Shown: positions 1-13,029 of the stretch, piece after piece
How the letters are laid out: each line of letters opens with the position of its first letter
Numbering within the stretch: position 1 is the stretch's first letter
Origin: Camelus dromedarius
Taxonomy: Eukaryota
Assembly: GCF_036321535.1 (NCBI RefSeq)
Contig: NC_087436.1
Location: 81,966,001-82,030,000, forward strand
Length of the DNA stretch: 64,000 nucleotides
Direction: 5' to 3'
The notes under the pieces: generated by a model
What the model saw: only the letters and a program-made list of their open reading frames with translations
The model's database searches: none
What the model was told of the DNA's origin: nothing
Translations under genes and position numbers: made by a program

Positions 1-725
1 TATGGTAAGTGTGTGTTTAACTTTCTAAGAAACTGCCAAGTTGTTCTCAAGTGGTTGTACAATTTTACAGTACCACCAGTAATGTGAGATTTCCAGTTGC
101 TTTACATCCTTAACAACACTTGATCTGGTTTTTGTTTTTGTTTTTTTTTTTCACTTTAGCTATTGAAATAGGTAAGTAGTAATATATCATTGTGGTTTTT
201 AATCTATGTTTCCCTAATTACTATTATTTTGAGCATCTTTTCAGGTATTTATTTACCATTCATATATCTCCTTTGTTGAAGTATCTAATGACATCTGTTG
301 CCCATTTTTGTGTATGATTATGTGATTTCTTTTTTTTTTTTGAGAAGTACGTGTTCTTTATATATTCTAGATGTTATTCCTTTATCCAATGTATATTTTA
401 TATGTATTTATCTCCCAGTCTGTGGCTTGCCTTTAGGTTTTCCTATCACTGACTTTTGAAGAGAAAAAGTTTCTAGTGTTAATGTAGTTTCAGTTTTTTC
501 TTCTGTGGTTCATATTTTTTATGTCCCATCTAAGAAATCTTTGTCTAACCCACAGTCATAAAGATTTTCTATATTTTATAATTTTTAGCTCCTGTATTTA
601 AGTCTGTTATCCTTTTGGGGGTAATTTTTATATAGTGGGCAAAGTAAGGGTCAAGATTCATTTTCTTGGCATGTGAATATCTAGTTGTTCCAGCAACATT
701 TGTTTAAAAGATTACCCTTTCCATA
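1..725 (-). mobile_element. Old L1 (L1M-type) ORF2 3' fragment
   Basis: Degenerate antisense L1 motifs (ttgagcatcttttca, ttgttccagcaacatttgtt); boundaries approximate. Confidence 0.75.
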
Positions 726-808
726 TTAGATGACACTGATACAATTTCTGTATCTTTAAGTCATCTTTTGCCATGGTGCATTGCTATGTTATGGTATTGT
801 TCCAACAG

Positions 809-991
809 GTCTGCCAAAGACTGACAGAATACGGAGTTCATTTTCACCGAGTGCACCCTGAGAAAAAGTCGCAAACGGGAATACTGCTTGGAGTCTGTTG
901 TAAAGGTGTCCTTGTGTTTGAGGTACACAATGGAGTTCGCACTTTGGTCCTTCGCTTTCCATGGAGGGAAACCAAGAAGATTTCTTTTTCC
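809..991 (+). CDS. PTPN13: PTPN13 exon ~16, FERM C-lobe (VCQRLTEYGVHF...KKISFS)
   Basis: ccaacag|GTC...TCC|gtatgt; 183 nt, phase 0-0. Confidence 0.95.
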
Positions 992-3145
992 GTATGTCCA
1001 TTTTAACCTCTTTTGATTCTACATTTAAATAGTTGTTGTCAATTTCAAATGTAACATATTAATTGACTTTCCTTAAGTGACCTTTAGACCCTAGCATTCA
1101 GTAGGGCTTATATGTCTTAATACTATTTAACTCTCCTTTCTTAGTTGTAGGAAGTATTATTGCAATTTTATTTGCTTTGGGTTTTCTCAGGAGGTGATTT
1201 TTAGAAGAATGGTTAGCTGGTTATATGCACCATTAACTTTAGTTAAATTACAACTGAGTTGACTTCTCTGTTAATTCAGAACTTATTCTAGGGTACAAAT
1301 GCTTCTCACATGAAGAAAACCATCTAATGTATTTAAGATTGATAATTATCTTAATCCCAGTGAACTTTGTCTAGCTCAGTAATAGGTCCTTAACAGCAAC
1401 TGTATTTGAATCTCAGTGGTTCAGAAATTTATTGGATTTTATGAAGTAGCCACAGGACTTTTTACACTTTTAAGTTTTAGTGTATACTATCTATGGTGAT
1501 AAAGTTAGAAAAGCGATTTTTTTAGAAAATCATGTTTATGAAAGACAGTGAACTATAAAGGCATATTTTGATTTTGGACATAGTTGGAAAATCTGAACAT
1601 TGAAGGGTAGTTGGCAAACCCCAGAGGTAAATCAAAAATATGTTCAGGTAATTGTTTTTCTAATGGTATTCAGGGACTACGGACATCTTTAGTTTATATT
1701 TGGGCTGAAGTCTGGTCTCACTAGAACAATGTTTATAAGGATATAATATCAAGGTCCTAACTGACCCTGGATAATCTTCAACCTAGAGACCTTTGAAATC
1801 AGTTCTAGGCCTGATGGTTAGTTGGTTGGTTTCCTATAAAACCCAGTAGTCCCACTAAGATTACCAGATAATAATGTGTTCTCTCAGGAAAACCCAGACC
1901 ATCCTTATTTTCCCAAGATTGTCAAGACCAGGAAATTATCTAGGTTTAACTTAGCTCCCCATTGGAAGTGCCAGCAGAGCAAGTGCTTAGAGGAAACCTT
2001 AGGTTAATTAAATGCAAATCTAATTTGGACCAACTGTGAAAAGGCAGCAAATCAAATAACCATTCAGCATTTAGCTCTCTGTCATTTGCCAGCTATCACA
2101 TCAGCCCTGTTATAAAAATAGAATCAGCTGTGATTAGCTCATTTGTAAAGATCTTCAGTAATAAAGACTAGAACATATTTCCATGCAAACCATTCCCTTG
2201 TTTAACAGTACTTATTTATCCTGAAGTTCTTTCTCTAACACAGAGCTCTCTTTTTTGACCCTCCTTTTTTCCTCCACTAGCCTCTGGGAAGATAGAAAGG
2301 TCACCCTTCACCCTTCTTATCTCTTAGAACTGAATTTCCTTAGGCACATGCCTGGTCCAGTCCATCAGTTAGCACTTAGAATCAATTATCCTTGTGATTT
2401 GTTTCAAACTTGCACAGCTTTACAACTGTGGAGTTCAACATCCTTGAGAATTACAGTGGTTAAGTCCAATGTTTGTTAGGAAAAAAATTCCAAGTATTTA
2501 AAGAGTTACTAGGTATACTACTGGTAGTCACCATACTTGTTTGGTGCTACTATATCTTTAACTCCTCTCTAATACCTGCTGATTTCGTTTTTTGACAAAA
2601 AGAGAACAGCGTCCCTGAGATTTCATTGGTAACAACATCCAGCTAGGATTTAATAGTCTTATTTTGTTTTTATTGCATTGATTACATATCTTTATGGCTG
2701 AATTCTATTTATGGCAAGTGGTACTAGCTTTCTATTTCCAATTGTGATGCTAAGTTTTTCAAGTGAAGTTAAGCAGTTCAAAAATTTTTAGATAAACAAG
2801 ACCAGGAATTATGAAGATGGCACCTGCATCATTGAAGTTGGAGTAATACTCTGTATTTTTTGTGAGCCTGCCAAATCTGACTTATCTGTGCCTATTTCTG
2901 CGTTTGATAGAAGACAAAGATATGAAGCAGAGGGAATAATCTGCACAGTGGAAGAAGCCAGAGCTACAGTGGAATCTAACTGGACTTAAACAATTCTTCA
3001 GGGATGTTAGGCTTAGATCCCTGACATGTTGAATGCCAGTCTTTTAAGGTATATGGATCACTGCAAGCCTTACCACATAGATCACTATATTTTGGAATGT
3101 CCCCTTCCTAAGAGACATTTGTTTTTTAAGAAGCAGGGAGATAAA

Positions 3146-3319
3146 GGGGAGGGTATAGCTCAAGTGGTAGAGCACATGCGTAGCATGCTTGAGGTCCTGG
3201 GTTCAATCCCCAGTATGTCCTCTAAAGATAAATAAACCTAATTGCCTCCCACCACCACCAAAGTTAAATAATTAAATAATACTATAATAAATAAATAAAA
3301 TATTTTTTAAAAGAAAAAA
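3146..3319 (+). mobile_element. tRNA-derived SINE, Vic-1-like (camelid)
   Basis: A box tagctcaagtgg, B box ggttcaatccc, AT-rich tail; 18-bp TSD aagaa(g/a)cagggagataaa at 3128-3145 and 3320-3337. Confidence 0.88.
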
Positions 3320-3957
3320 AAGAAACAGGGAGATAAAACTGATTTGTCATTTGCCTCCTTTCCCTGAATTTGGAGGGAATACTGATGTGTTTCATCTCTC
3401 AGCCCAGGCACGTTATCCGGTGCCTTTTCCTTAACTTCCCACAACTTGTATCCTAGCTTTCTTGCCACCAAGATTTTTCTTGACTGAACCACAGCTCTTA
3501 TTACTATGTATTAATACATCAGCTTTTGTTGAACTTCATTTTCTTTATCCAAGGAAGTGGAGCACGTATTTCTTATAATTTCTTTTTCAAACAGTTTTGG
3601 TGTTTGTAAACATTGCAGTAAACTCAAAATATCAGTAATCTAGTTGAAGGAAACTGTTTCCCGTGCTAGTGGCTGGTTACACTCTGTACAGTCTAATATA
3701 GGCTACCATTTCTAAAAGTAATATAACATTACTTGTATTAAGCAAATAATATTAATTTCATGTATTTGCTGAATTTGTAATAATACAAAATTATGTATTT
3801 CTATATTTCTATTAGATATAGGTCAAGGAATATTCACGCCTAATGATGTGAAATAAAAATAATATCTCTACTTAATAATTATTGCTTATAAAATTTGGCC
3901 ATGTAATAAAGTGATAGGATAATATAGTAATTTTTAATACCCCAATTAATATTGTAG

Positions 3958-4120
3958 AAAAAGAAAATCACATTGCAAAATACATCAGATGGAATAAAAC
4001 ATGCCTTCCAGACAGACAACAGTAAGACATGCCAGTACCTGCTGCACCTCTGCTCTTCCCAGCATAAGTTCCAGCTGCAGATGAGAGCGAGACAGAGCAA
4101 CCAAGATGCCCAGGATATTG
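3958..4120 (+). CDS. PTPN13: PTPN13 exon ~17, end of FERM (KKKITLQNTSDG...DAQDI)
   Basis: ttgtag|AAA...ATTG|gtaaga; 163 nt, phase 0-1. Confidence 0.95.
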
Positions 4121-5139
4121 GTAAGAAGCAAACTATGTCAAATGACTCCAAGGTACATGCATGATTTTTTCCACAAACTTTAAAAGATGTTCCATGCTTA
4201 GGATGAAAATTATAAGGTATACAGATGTTAAACGACTAAGTCAAGTTTATAAAGGTGTCACAAATGAAGCCAAGATTTCAACTTCATGTTCATTTTGAAA
4301 ACAATACCCCTGATCAGTCAGCAATACCTGCTGAACTGTCTATTTTGTGCCTATTGTTAGGCTGTCTGATGTAAATATTATTAAAGTTTCAGTCATCTTC
4401 TTTACCCACAGTAAACTGACACGCTGTTTGGGAAGATAAGACCAACGTACATGAAGCAACAGAGGGTCATGGTTTTAGTGACAGATTATATTGTACAATC
4501 CCTATAATCTACACTGCAAGAGGAAAGGGGGAATCAGAGGCTAGAGTACGTGATCGGTGGCACTTGAATTGGAATTTGAAGAACAAAAATAATAAGTAGG
4601 TTGAAGATAAATGGAAGGGCTTTCCAGATGAAGGAAAGAACATGGGAAACAAGGCAGGGGGTACGGGAAGTATACACCCAGGGCAGGGAAGTTATATACC
4701 ATCACAGTTTGGGGGTGACAGATCTCCCACTTGTCGGTTTTTCTTGGGTGCGTCCCTGTGCTGAGACTGAGATAAATAACCGCAGTACCCAATATAAATG
4801 GTCAAGAGAGTGGTTTCAGGTCCTCTTGAAAAGGCGCCAGCAGAAGAAACTAATTTATCTCTGAAAAAATATCTCAATCAGAATTGAAATATTTAAATTT
4901 TACTCTGTAGGACCACATGTTGAGATTGAAGTTATAGAAAATCTAGTTCTGCAGAGTAAGTTCATATAGATGTCAGTGAAACACTCTGAAGAAGTTGATT
5001 AAAAATTTAAATTGAATAGCTCTGATGACCTTGTGCATCAGAGCCCTACGAATTCTTTGTCTGAACTTTCTCACATCCTAAAATCTTATGGAAAATATAT
5101 TCCCTGTGGGATCAGACTGGGGTGATGGCAACCTATGAA

Positions 5140-5327
5140 CAGATGTTTCTCAGCCTTTCAGAATCCAGACGGTAGGGGCTATATACTTATTAAAAATGAA
5201 GATTCCAGAAACCTACCTGAAACTTGTTCAGTTGTGGTCTTTGGGCGCGTAGTCCCTGGAATCTGCATTTTAACTGGCTTTTCTCAGTAATGATTTTTAT
5301 GCATGCTAAGATATGATAACTACTGCT
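5140..5327. mobile_element. MER5-like hAT-Charlie MITE
   Basis: ggaatctgcattttaac...tgatttttatgcatgctaagatatgataactactg resembles the MER5 consensus. Confidence 0.6.
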
Positions 5328-5594
5328 GCAAAGTAATCTTATTATTCCTTTTCTTTCACTGCTTTGCTCTGCTAAAAAATTTGTATGCTCTTACATATAT
5401 TTTTAAAGTATAGTGGAGTGTCAAACTTACTAGAGCTATCTGTATTCCTACTTAGACTAACATTCTATTTGATACAAACTAGAATTGAACAGTTGACGGT
5501 TACATCATTATAGATTTGGTATAGTGTGCTGTAGTGAAGAGTCAGAAGACAAAACTGTGAAGCCAGGTTTCCACCCTCAACATTTCCAATGATA

Positions 5595-5825
5595 GAGTGT
5601 AGTACTTAAGAGCCTGAACCAGGCAGCAAGACTGCCAGTGTTCAAACCCCTCTCTATTACTAGCAAGCTCTGAAACCGTGAGCAGGCTGCTCAGACTCTC
5701 TGCCTTAGATCCCCATCTGTAAAGTGATCATCATAATGATAATACTGATGTTGTAAGGTTATTGTGAAGATGAATTCATGTGAAAGTACCTGGCACAGAA
5801 TAAGTATTGAATAAATATTCATTAT
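5595..5825 (+). mobile_element. MIR SINE
   Basis: Core ccccatctgtaaagtg...gttattgtgaagatgaat and tail cctggcacagaataagtattgaataaat. Confidence 0.7.
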
Positions 5826-7924
5826 CATTATTAACATTACCATCATGGACATTGTTTGACCACTACTTCCCTAGTAATAGTAGTAGTAGCAATAGTAGGA
5901 GTGGAATGACCTTAGGAAAGTGACTGACTCTTTGAAGTCTCATTCTCTTCATCCATGAGGTGGGAATGCTCTGTGCATCTCAGTTTTTCCCCAGGAACAC
6001 AGCGACTATGTATCCTTAAACTCCTGTGTGAAAGGACTTAAGGTGGTATTATCTACATCTATTCCCAGATTTTTGTTAAACCTTCAAAGGAATTGTTCTC
6101 TGCTTGGAATCAGCTTAGAAGTAACCACCTGCCTACTTAACTGTCTGCACTAGACAAGTGAAAATAACTGGTGTTAACATACAGGAGGTTGATGGGCTAA
6201 CAAGTGTATGTTATTTCTTTAGAGTCACAGAATGTGGGTCCAAGAAAGCAGAGGGCATCAAGTACACAATGTTACTGATGAGGAGACAGGTTCAGAGAAA
6301 AGTGTCTCACTTAACCTCGTAGACATCAAAGGAAGCTGGAACCCTGATCTCTTAATTCCTAATCCAATCCTCTTTATATTTGATAAGTTTTCAAAAAACT
6401 AATTTGCATGAAATTAAATTAAGATTAATAATCATTTACTGCGTGCTTACTACTTGTAAGATACAGTGCTAGGTGCTATGGGTTAACGAAAATAAATGAA
6501 GCCCCTCTCCTCAAAAAGCATACAATTAAGTTAATGATATAAGGAAATAAAAAACAAACACAGGGGACTGAACAATAGCACAGTGTGGAATGCAGACTGA
6601 GTGTGGAACTAGCAAGCCTTTGAGTTCAAATCTGAAATGTTAGTAATAGGATGTGGGTTCATTCTAATGTCCTTTCCCATCCTGGTACTCTATGTTGGAG
6701 TCCTTTCCAGGTGTAAGGCAGTAGGACAGACCAGATAAGTGGATGGTTTATTATTCCATCCCATGAACATGTGCAGTATTTTAAGTTCTATCCAGGAGTC
6801 AGCTGTAAGTGCATTTATAAATAGCATAATCCTTGGTATGTTTGCAAACCAAATCTAACCTATACTGAACTGGCTGTCCCTATTCCTGCCAAAGTTTGGT
6901 ACATTTTCCTTAAGGGTGAAGAAATCTATTGGGTATAAAGGCATTTCCTGGTAATTGAATCTGTGTAAGACTCAGTTTTGCATCTTCAATTAGAGTCTGC
7001 TCTCAGAGTAAAGAAAATAGAATTATTGTTATCTGCTTTAATAAGAACTCTGACTTTAAAGCTAAGATTATTCTGGGAATTTTAAAACCAAAGTCATCTT
7101 TTTCTTATCATGTGTTAACTTGGTGTCCACTTCTACTTCAGAAAAAGAATGTTGAATTTTCCTGGTGATGGTGAAACATGTTTATTTAAACTTCATTCTG
7201 ATGTATAAGTATTAAAGAGCTTCAGTGTTTCCCTGTCTGTTTACATTTAAGATGAAATACTGGTTATTAATCTTCCTAGGAATTAGAAGATAAATGAAAC
7301 AGAATCTAAAGATCTAAGTCAGCAACATCTGACATTTTCTTTTTAAAAACAAGTTTCACAGCTGTTTTACGTAATGGTCAAGCTGTATTCCCATAGAGTG
7401 CAACACAGGGTTGGTAGTTTCCATGAGGTGGGGCCAGACGGGGTGCCTTGTGATGTGGATTACTAATGTGTGAACAGCTAAACCATTTGAAATTGTGTTC
7501 TCCTGGTCCTTTAAATACATGAAAGGGTTTTGATGCCAAAATTGTGTGATGCAATGCTTTTGTTTATAGCCTCAAATGTTCAAATACTGACATGACGTTG
7601 GTTCTCACAAAATAGAACACCCATTCACTTGTTATAAAGTATCTCTAAATTTAGCCTCTAAAAGAATACCTTAGATACGTATTTTGGAGTGAAAGGAATT
7701 TAAGAACCCCAGCTCCTTAATCTTATTAATTAACAGGAACAAAAGAGAAAAGACATGTGTGATTCTCCCATGTCTTCTGTGCCTCAGGTAAATCATGAAA
7801 AGTCAGTAAGGTGGGAAAGTGGTATGGGCACAGTAATTGAAATGATTGAAAATTTGCCATAAAAGGGTTTTGCTTTTGGTTTGGGGTTTTTGTTTTTGTT
7901 TTGTTTTAGGGTTTTTTGGTAATA

Positions 7925-8040
7925 ATTTTATTGAAACATAATTTACATACCATACAATTCACTCACTTAAATTAACAGAATTCAGTGATTTTAAGTATAT
8001 TCACATTGTTAAGAGAGTTGTGCAAACATCACTACAATCT
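7925..8040 (-). mobile_element. L1 3'-end fragment (L1M-type)
   Basis: tttattgaaacataatttacataccatacaattcactcactta...ttgtgcaaacatcactac, adjacent to a T-rich tail. Confidence 0.65.
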
Positions 8041-8578
8041 GCCATAAGCTTTTAAAAATATAATAAGAACTTTTCCTCTGGGCAAAATGTTCCTCTGCAC
8101 AGCTTTTTTCAGGCATGCTCTCACCACGTCGGACCATGTTGGCAGATCCAGGTTTCCTCTCTCCCTCTCTCCGTCCTTGGTATGCTGATATTTTAGCAGA
8201 GATACTAGTAGGGTTGAAATTTTCTCTGTCAAACATCATTCTCACTTCTAGTTGAAAACTGTAATCGGCAATTTGGGGTCAGCAAGCCTGAATGAAGCCC
8301 AAACATTATTAGCTCCAAGAAAATCACTCTGTGAAAGGAAATGCTGACCAGGCCCTGGCTGTGAGAAGGCTACAAGGATGGAGAGATGGTAGAGAAACCA
8401 GGATCTTCCAACCCTCCTTTTTAAAATCCTTGATTGCCGCTCTCCGAAAGCTACCTACTTATGCTGGCAATCAAAATGATTAAAAATTGCATGCTGGTTT
8501 TTTTATTTATTAAAATAGCTCTTCACATTAAGGTACTACGGTGATTCCGTCGTGTAAAGCAATCCTATTTCCTTGTAG

Positions 8579-8996
8579 AGAGAGCTTCGTTTAGGAGCCT
8601 GAATCTCCAAGCAGAGTCCATTAGAGGATTTAATATGGGACGAGCAATCAGCACTGGTAGTCTGGCCAGCAGCACCCTGAACAAACTTGCCGTTCGACCT
8701 CTGTCAGTCCAAGCTGAGATTCTGAAGAGGCTATCCTGCTCAGAGCTGTCGCTTTACCAGCCATTGCAAAACAGTGCCAAAGAGAAGAGTGACAAAGCTT
8801 CATGGGAGGAAAAGCCTAGAGGGATGAGTAAATCATACCACGATCTCAGTCAGGCCTCTCTCTATCCTCACCGGAAAAATGTCAGTGTTGACATGGAATC
8901 CCCACCACAAACCATTGCGGAGTTGGTAGGAAAACCATTTCACCAGATGGCAAGATCTGAGACAGAATCTTTGGCAGGATTCACAAAACTTAATAA
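8579..8996 (+). CDS. PTPN13: PTPN13 exon ~18 (ERASFRSLNLQ...TKLN)
   Basis: ccttgtag|AG...AATAA|gtaaga; 418 nt, phase 1-2; overlaps ORF 8635..9000. Confidence 0.95.
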
Positions 8997-9148
8997 GTAA
9001 GAACATAATTAACTAACCCGAGCTACATATTTGTAAATTCTGCATTTCATACTTCTGTTTTTGTTTTGACATTTTATTATTTTCACCATATATATATATT
9101 TTTTTTACATTGACACTTCCCCACCCTGCCTTCCTCTTCCCTCTTTAG

Positions 9149-9246
9149 TTCAAAGTCTGTTGCAAGTTTAAATAGAAGCCCTGAAAGGAGGAAACATGAA
9201 TCAGACTCCTCATCCTTTGAAGACCCTGGTCAAGCATGTGTTATAG
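9149..9246 (+). CDS. PTPN13: PTPN13 exon ~19 (SKSVASLNRSPERRKHESDSSSFEDPGQACVI)
   Basis: ctctttag|T...ATAG|gtcagc; 98 nt, phase 2-1. Confidence 0.93.
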
Positions 9247-10839
9247 GTCAGCATCAACGAGCCTACCTTCTTCCTCCTGTCCCTCTTGCTCACAGTGACA
9301 TGACTGAGATCACGCTAATGACTGAGAAACTGTTTTTGGTTCTCTGTCCTAATTGTTAAAACTTTTTGTGAATATAAAGCTTTAGGCTACTTAAAGTGTG
9401 CCAGGTGAAATCAAAAATTGATTTAACAAGTGATTGCCTCCTGACACAGACCATCACTTGGTTCTCTCTTGATTGCAGGTAAAAGCCATGACGGTCTTAC
9501 TGAGAGAACCAGGCAGTCTGGTGCCAGGGCTTTGGACAGCCTTCTTTAGGATTTTCCTTACAAGCTGTGAGAGTAGACTCTACTGATGCTGTATTTTTTT
9601 AAGAAAAGTTTGTTTAGGGTACTTTCAGAATGGAATTGTCTCTGGAAAGAGATAGTTTTATGAAATGTGCCATAGGTGATCTGGTAGAAATTCTTAGTTG
9701 ATTTAAGTTCTCTCAAGTTATCCCAGCTATCTGGGGCCTATTAACTATTTAAGTGAAATAGAAGTTGTTTGTGTTTATAAACACAGACTACCTTATAAGA
9801 TAAACAGTTAAGGATTCCTGTTGCTTTTTTGCATCTTAAAAGGATATTGCACGAGAAATCAGTCTTTTACAAGAGTAGACATTTAGGACACACGTCTGAA
9901 CAACTACTCAAAATAGGAAACAGCTGGGGAGACAAAAGGTCACCAAGGATACCCTCTTCTATGGTCGTTTAATCAAATAATACTAATTAACTCTCCCTTA
10001 GAACTATGTTTGATCACTTAACCCTAATTATACAAAGTTAAGAAGTATTTTTCACCCTGTAACTGGATTGGGGATATGAGGGTTAAATGAAGTCAAAAGA
10101 GAACTCTACCCTATAGTTGATAAATATTTATGTAAAACCATATTACTTTATTAACATAGGTTTCCACAACTTTCAGAGATTCCACTGTCATCAATTTGAA
10201 TTGAATAAAAAAAATTTAAACAGATGAAAGATAAGATTCCATCCTATAGGTTACCCTGTGTGTTGAAAATAGCCTAAAAAGACACTATTCAATCTTTTAT
10301 AAAATGATTTTCAAAGTATATTCCTATATAATGGGATCTCTTATAGGTTTCAAGCTATTTTCATTAGGAAGGCTTTGATCTACAGAAAAATCCATCACAT
10401 ATCAGAAGTAGAGCAGTAAATATTCCATAGAAAAACACAAATAAAATAAGACTCGACCATGAAAGAAAATTTGTTTTCTGCATTTGTTTTGGGTTATGCA
10501 TTCTTATTAAATACTGATTTTTCTTTTAAGATTTGGACAAACGCTTTAAAACTCAGTTTCATCATTTCATGCATGACACATCAGAATGTCATTGTCAGAA
10601 ACAGTCCATTTGTATTTAAATTTATTCTGCAAAACAAGTTAATATGCCTACCTGGACATTAAAAGTAGTTTAAAAAAAAAAGTCCATTATGGGAAGACAT
10701 ATTTTTCTGAGTGTAAATAAAAGAAAATGTTACTATTTTAATAGTTTACTGATTTTTATAAATTTATCAGAAGAAATTAATTCTATATCTAGTATCTGAC
10801 CATTTTTTAAACTGTCTAATAATTTAATTTATACCACAG

Positions 10840-10896
10840 GAATGACCTTGCATAGTTCTGGAAATTCTTCATCCCAAGTACCCTTAAAAGAAAATG
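10840..10896 (+). CDS. PTPN13: PTPN13 exon ~20, 57-nt cassette (GMTLHSSGNSSSQVPLKEN)
   Basis: ccacag|GA...AATG|gtaggt; symmetric phase 1-1. Confidence 0.92.
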
Positions 10897-12229
10897 GTAG
10901 GTTTACAAAATGTTTCTCCTCATTTCCATCATATTTTCTCTTGTATCTTATAAGCTAGTTTTAGATGTAGTGATGGAGAGTTTTCAACTCTGTGCCAAGG
11001 ATTTTAGGCCTTACGCTAGAGTTGAATGAGAGTTGTGTTTTTCAGCATCTTGGTGATGTTATTGGACCTATAATTTAGACTAATGTTGATGAAGTAGAGA
11101 AATGATGCATTTGAGATGAGGACACTAATTGGGAGGCTAAGATAGTGTAGGTAGGAGATAGTTTTACTGAAAAGAGTTTTAGCTGAGGCTGTTATTTTAA
11201 AGGGATGCTTGAGCTGAATCTTGAAATAAAAGGAGGATTTATTCAGGCCTAATGGGGTGGATAAGTATTCTAGACCAAGGGCATGGTGTGATCGGAGACA
11301 TGGAGACATATGGGAAGACAACAGATTCCGGGAAATGCAAGAGTCTCAGTGTGGAGGATTGTGGGGCCAGGATGAAGCTCAGGAACTAAATGGGAACTAG
11401 CTTTGAGTCTTATCCTAAATCTTTTGGGGAGAATTTAGAGATTTTAAATATTGAGATTTGTAGTATAGGAAAGAGACTAAGAGGAAAAAAATCGTAGGAA
11501 AAAACTTTGGGCAGTGATTTGAAAGTCAGTGGATTCAAAATTTTTAGAATTTAGGTTACAGAATACTTTCATATACATTATCTTATGTAACTTTTCCAAC
11601 TTTAATGGGTAGGAAGAATATTATTATATATTACTAATACTTACCTCCAAAATGTTTGTTTTACCCTCAAATTCTTAAAGTTGAAATAATCAGGAGCCTG
11701 ATGAGAAAGAAGTATATATAAGAATCAAAAGTATTAACATAATTAAGCTTGATGAAGCTTTAAGTTTAGTTCTCATTTTCCTGAGAGCCAAGGCAAAAAG
11801 GAAGGCATGAAAATTGGTTACACTGTATGAAACTGCTCTTTTTTTAGGTCAGAACTGTCAATTTTGTATTTTTCTCATTCTCTAGTGGAAATATACATAC
11901 CAGTCGTTCAAGAGAGGAAAATTTTGTTTAGAAGCAAAATTGTGTCAGAAAGTAAATCTTTTTACTTTTACAACATCTTAAATACTCAACAAATGAAGGA
12001 TTTTTTTCATCTCATATTTTTACTATTTCCTCAAAAAAATCTGAAGGCATACTATTAAAGAAAAAGTCAGCTTATACTTGGGCCTAAATTGCTAAGACCT
12101 TGGAATATAGCTTTATATATAAATATATTTTCATGATGACCGAATGTCTTACATGCAGGGAAGTTAGAATATGTCTGTCCCTGAAGCAGGTCAGTTATTA
12201 ACATGCCCACAGTGGTCGTACTTACTGGC

Positions 12230-12470
12230 TAGCAGCTATTGAGTGCTTACTGTGTGCCAAACACTGTTCCAAGCACTTCATGTTCATCTCCCACTCAGTC
12301 CGCACAACGATCCTATGAGGCAGAACTAATGTTACTTCCTTTTCACAAATGAGAAGCCAAAGCACAGAGAGGTTGAGTTGTGCAGTAGGTCGTGGAGCTG
12401 GCAAGTGCCGGAGCCATGACTTGAATGCAGATGTGTTTCCAGCGCCCCATTCTAATCCACTCTTTAGACT
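12230..12470 (-). mobile_element. MIR SINE
   Basis: tattgagtgcttactgtgtgcca...ttttcacaaatgagaagccaaagcacagagaggtt. Confidence 0.75.
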
Positions 12471-13029
12471 GTCTCCCAGCATAGTAATGCCTAATGATTC
12501 ATGAGATTGTTGCTCCCAGCTAGACTTTTGAAATAAGCTAGATTATAATCTATTTAAGGGTAAGAACCTAAAATGTGTTTTTACCTAGGTTCTAGTGGAA
12601 AAGAATATGAATTTACACTGGATACCAAATGAGCAGTTATGTGCAGGTTACGGTCTGTGTTTAAACCTTAGACACCTCTTCCCAGCTGCCCCGCAACCTA
12701 CAGAGGGGCCAACCTACCTTCCCATGGAGGTGTTCCCCAGTTGGCTTGCAGACAAGTTTATGCGTGCTTCAAAATTCTCTTTGAATCTGTCCAAAGACCC
12801 CTAAATTAGTGCTCTGTTGAGAATTGAGTTTGACATAATAGAGCATGGCAAATTTGTTGTTCTAAATAAGATGACTGAGATCAGAAAGTTAAATTACTTG
12901 CCCATTAGTCAAATATAGGACTTTTTAATTATAAGTTATTTATCACAATACAAGGTCCGAAGGAATAAAATTAAATCTTAACCTTTTATGACTTTCAGAG
13001 ACCCGTAAGGAGGTCAAACTTGAAGGAGC

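Noticed and set aside
9460..9485. Recursive splice site-like ttctctcttgattgcag|gtaaaa
   Set aside because: The intron is only 1.6 kb and the donor half is weak; such motifs arise by chance.
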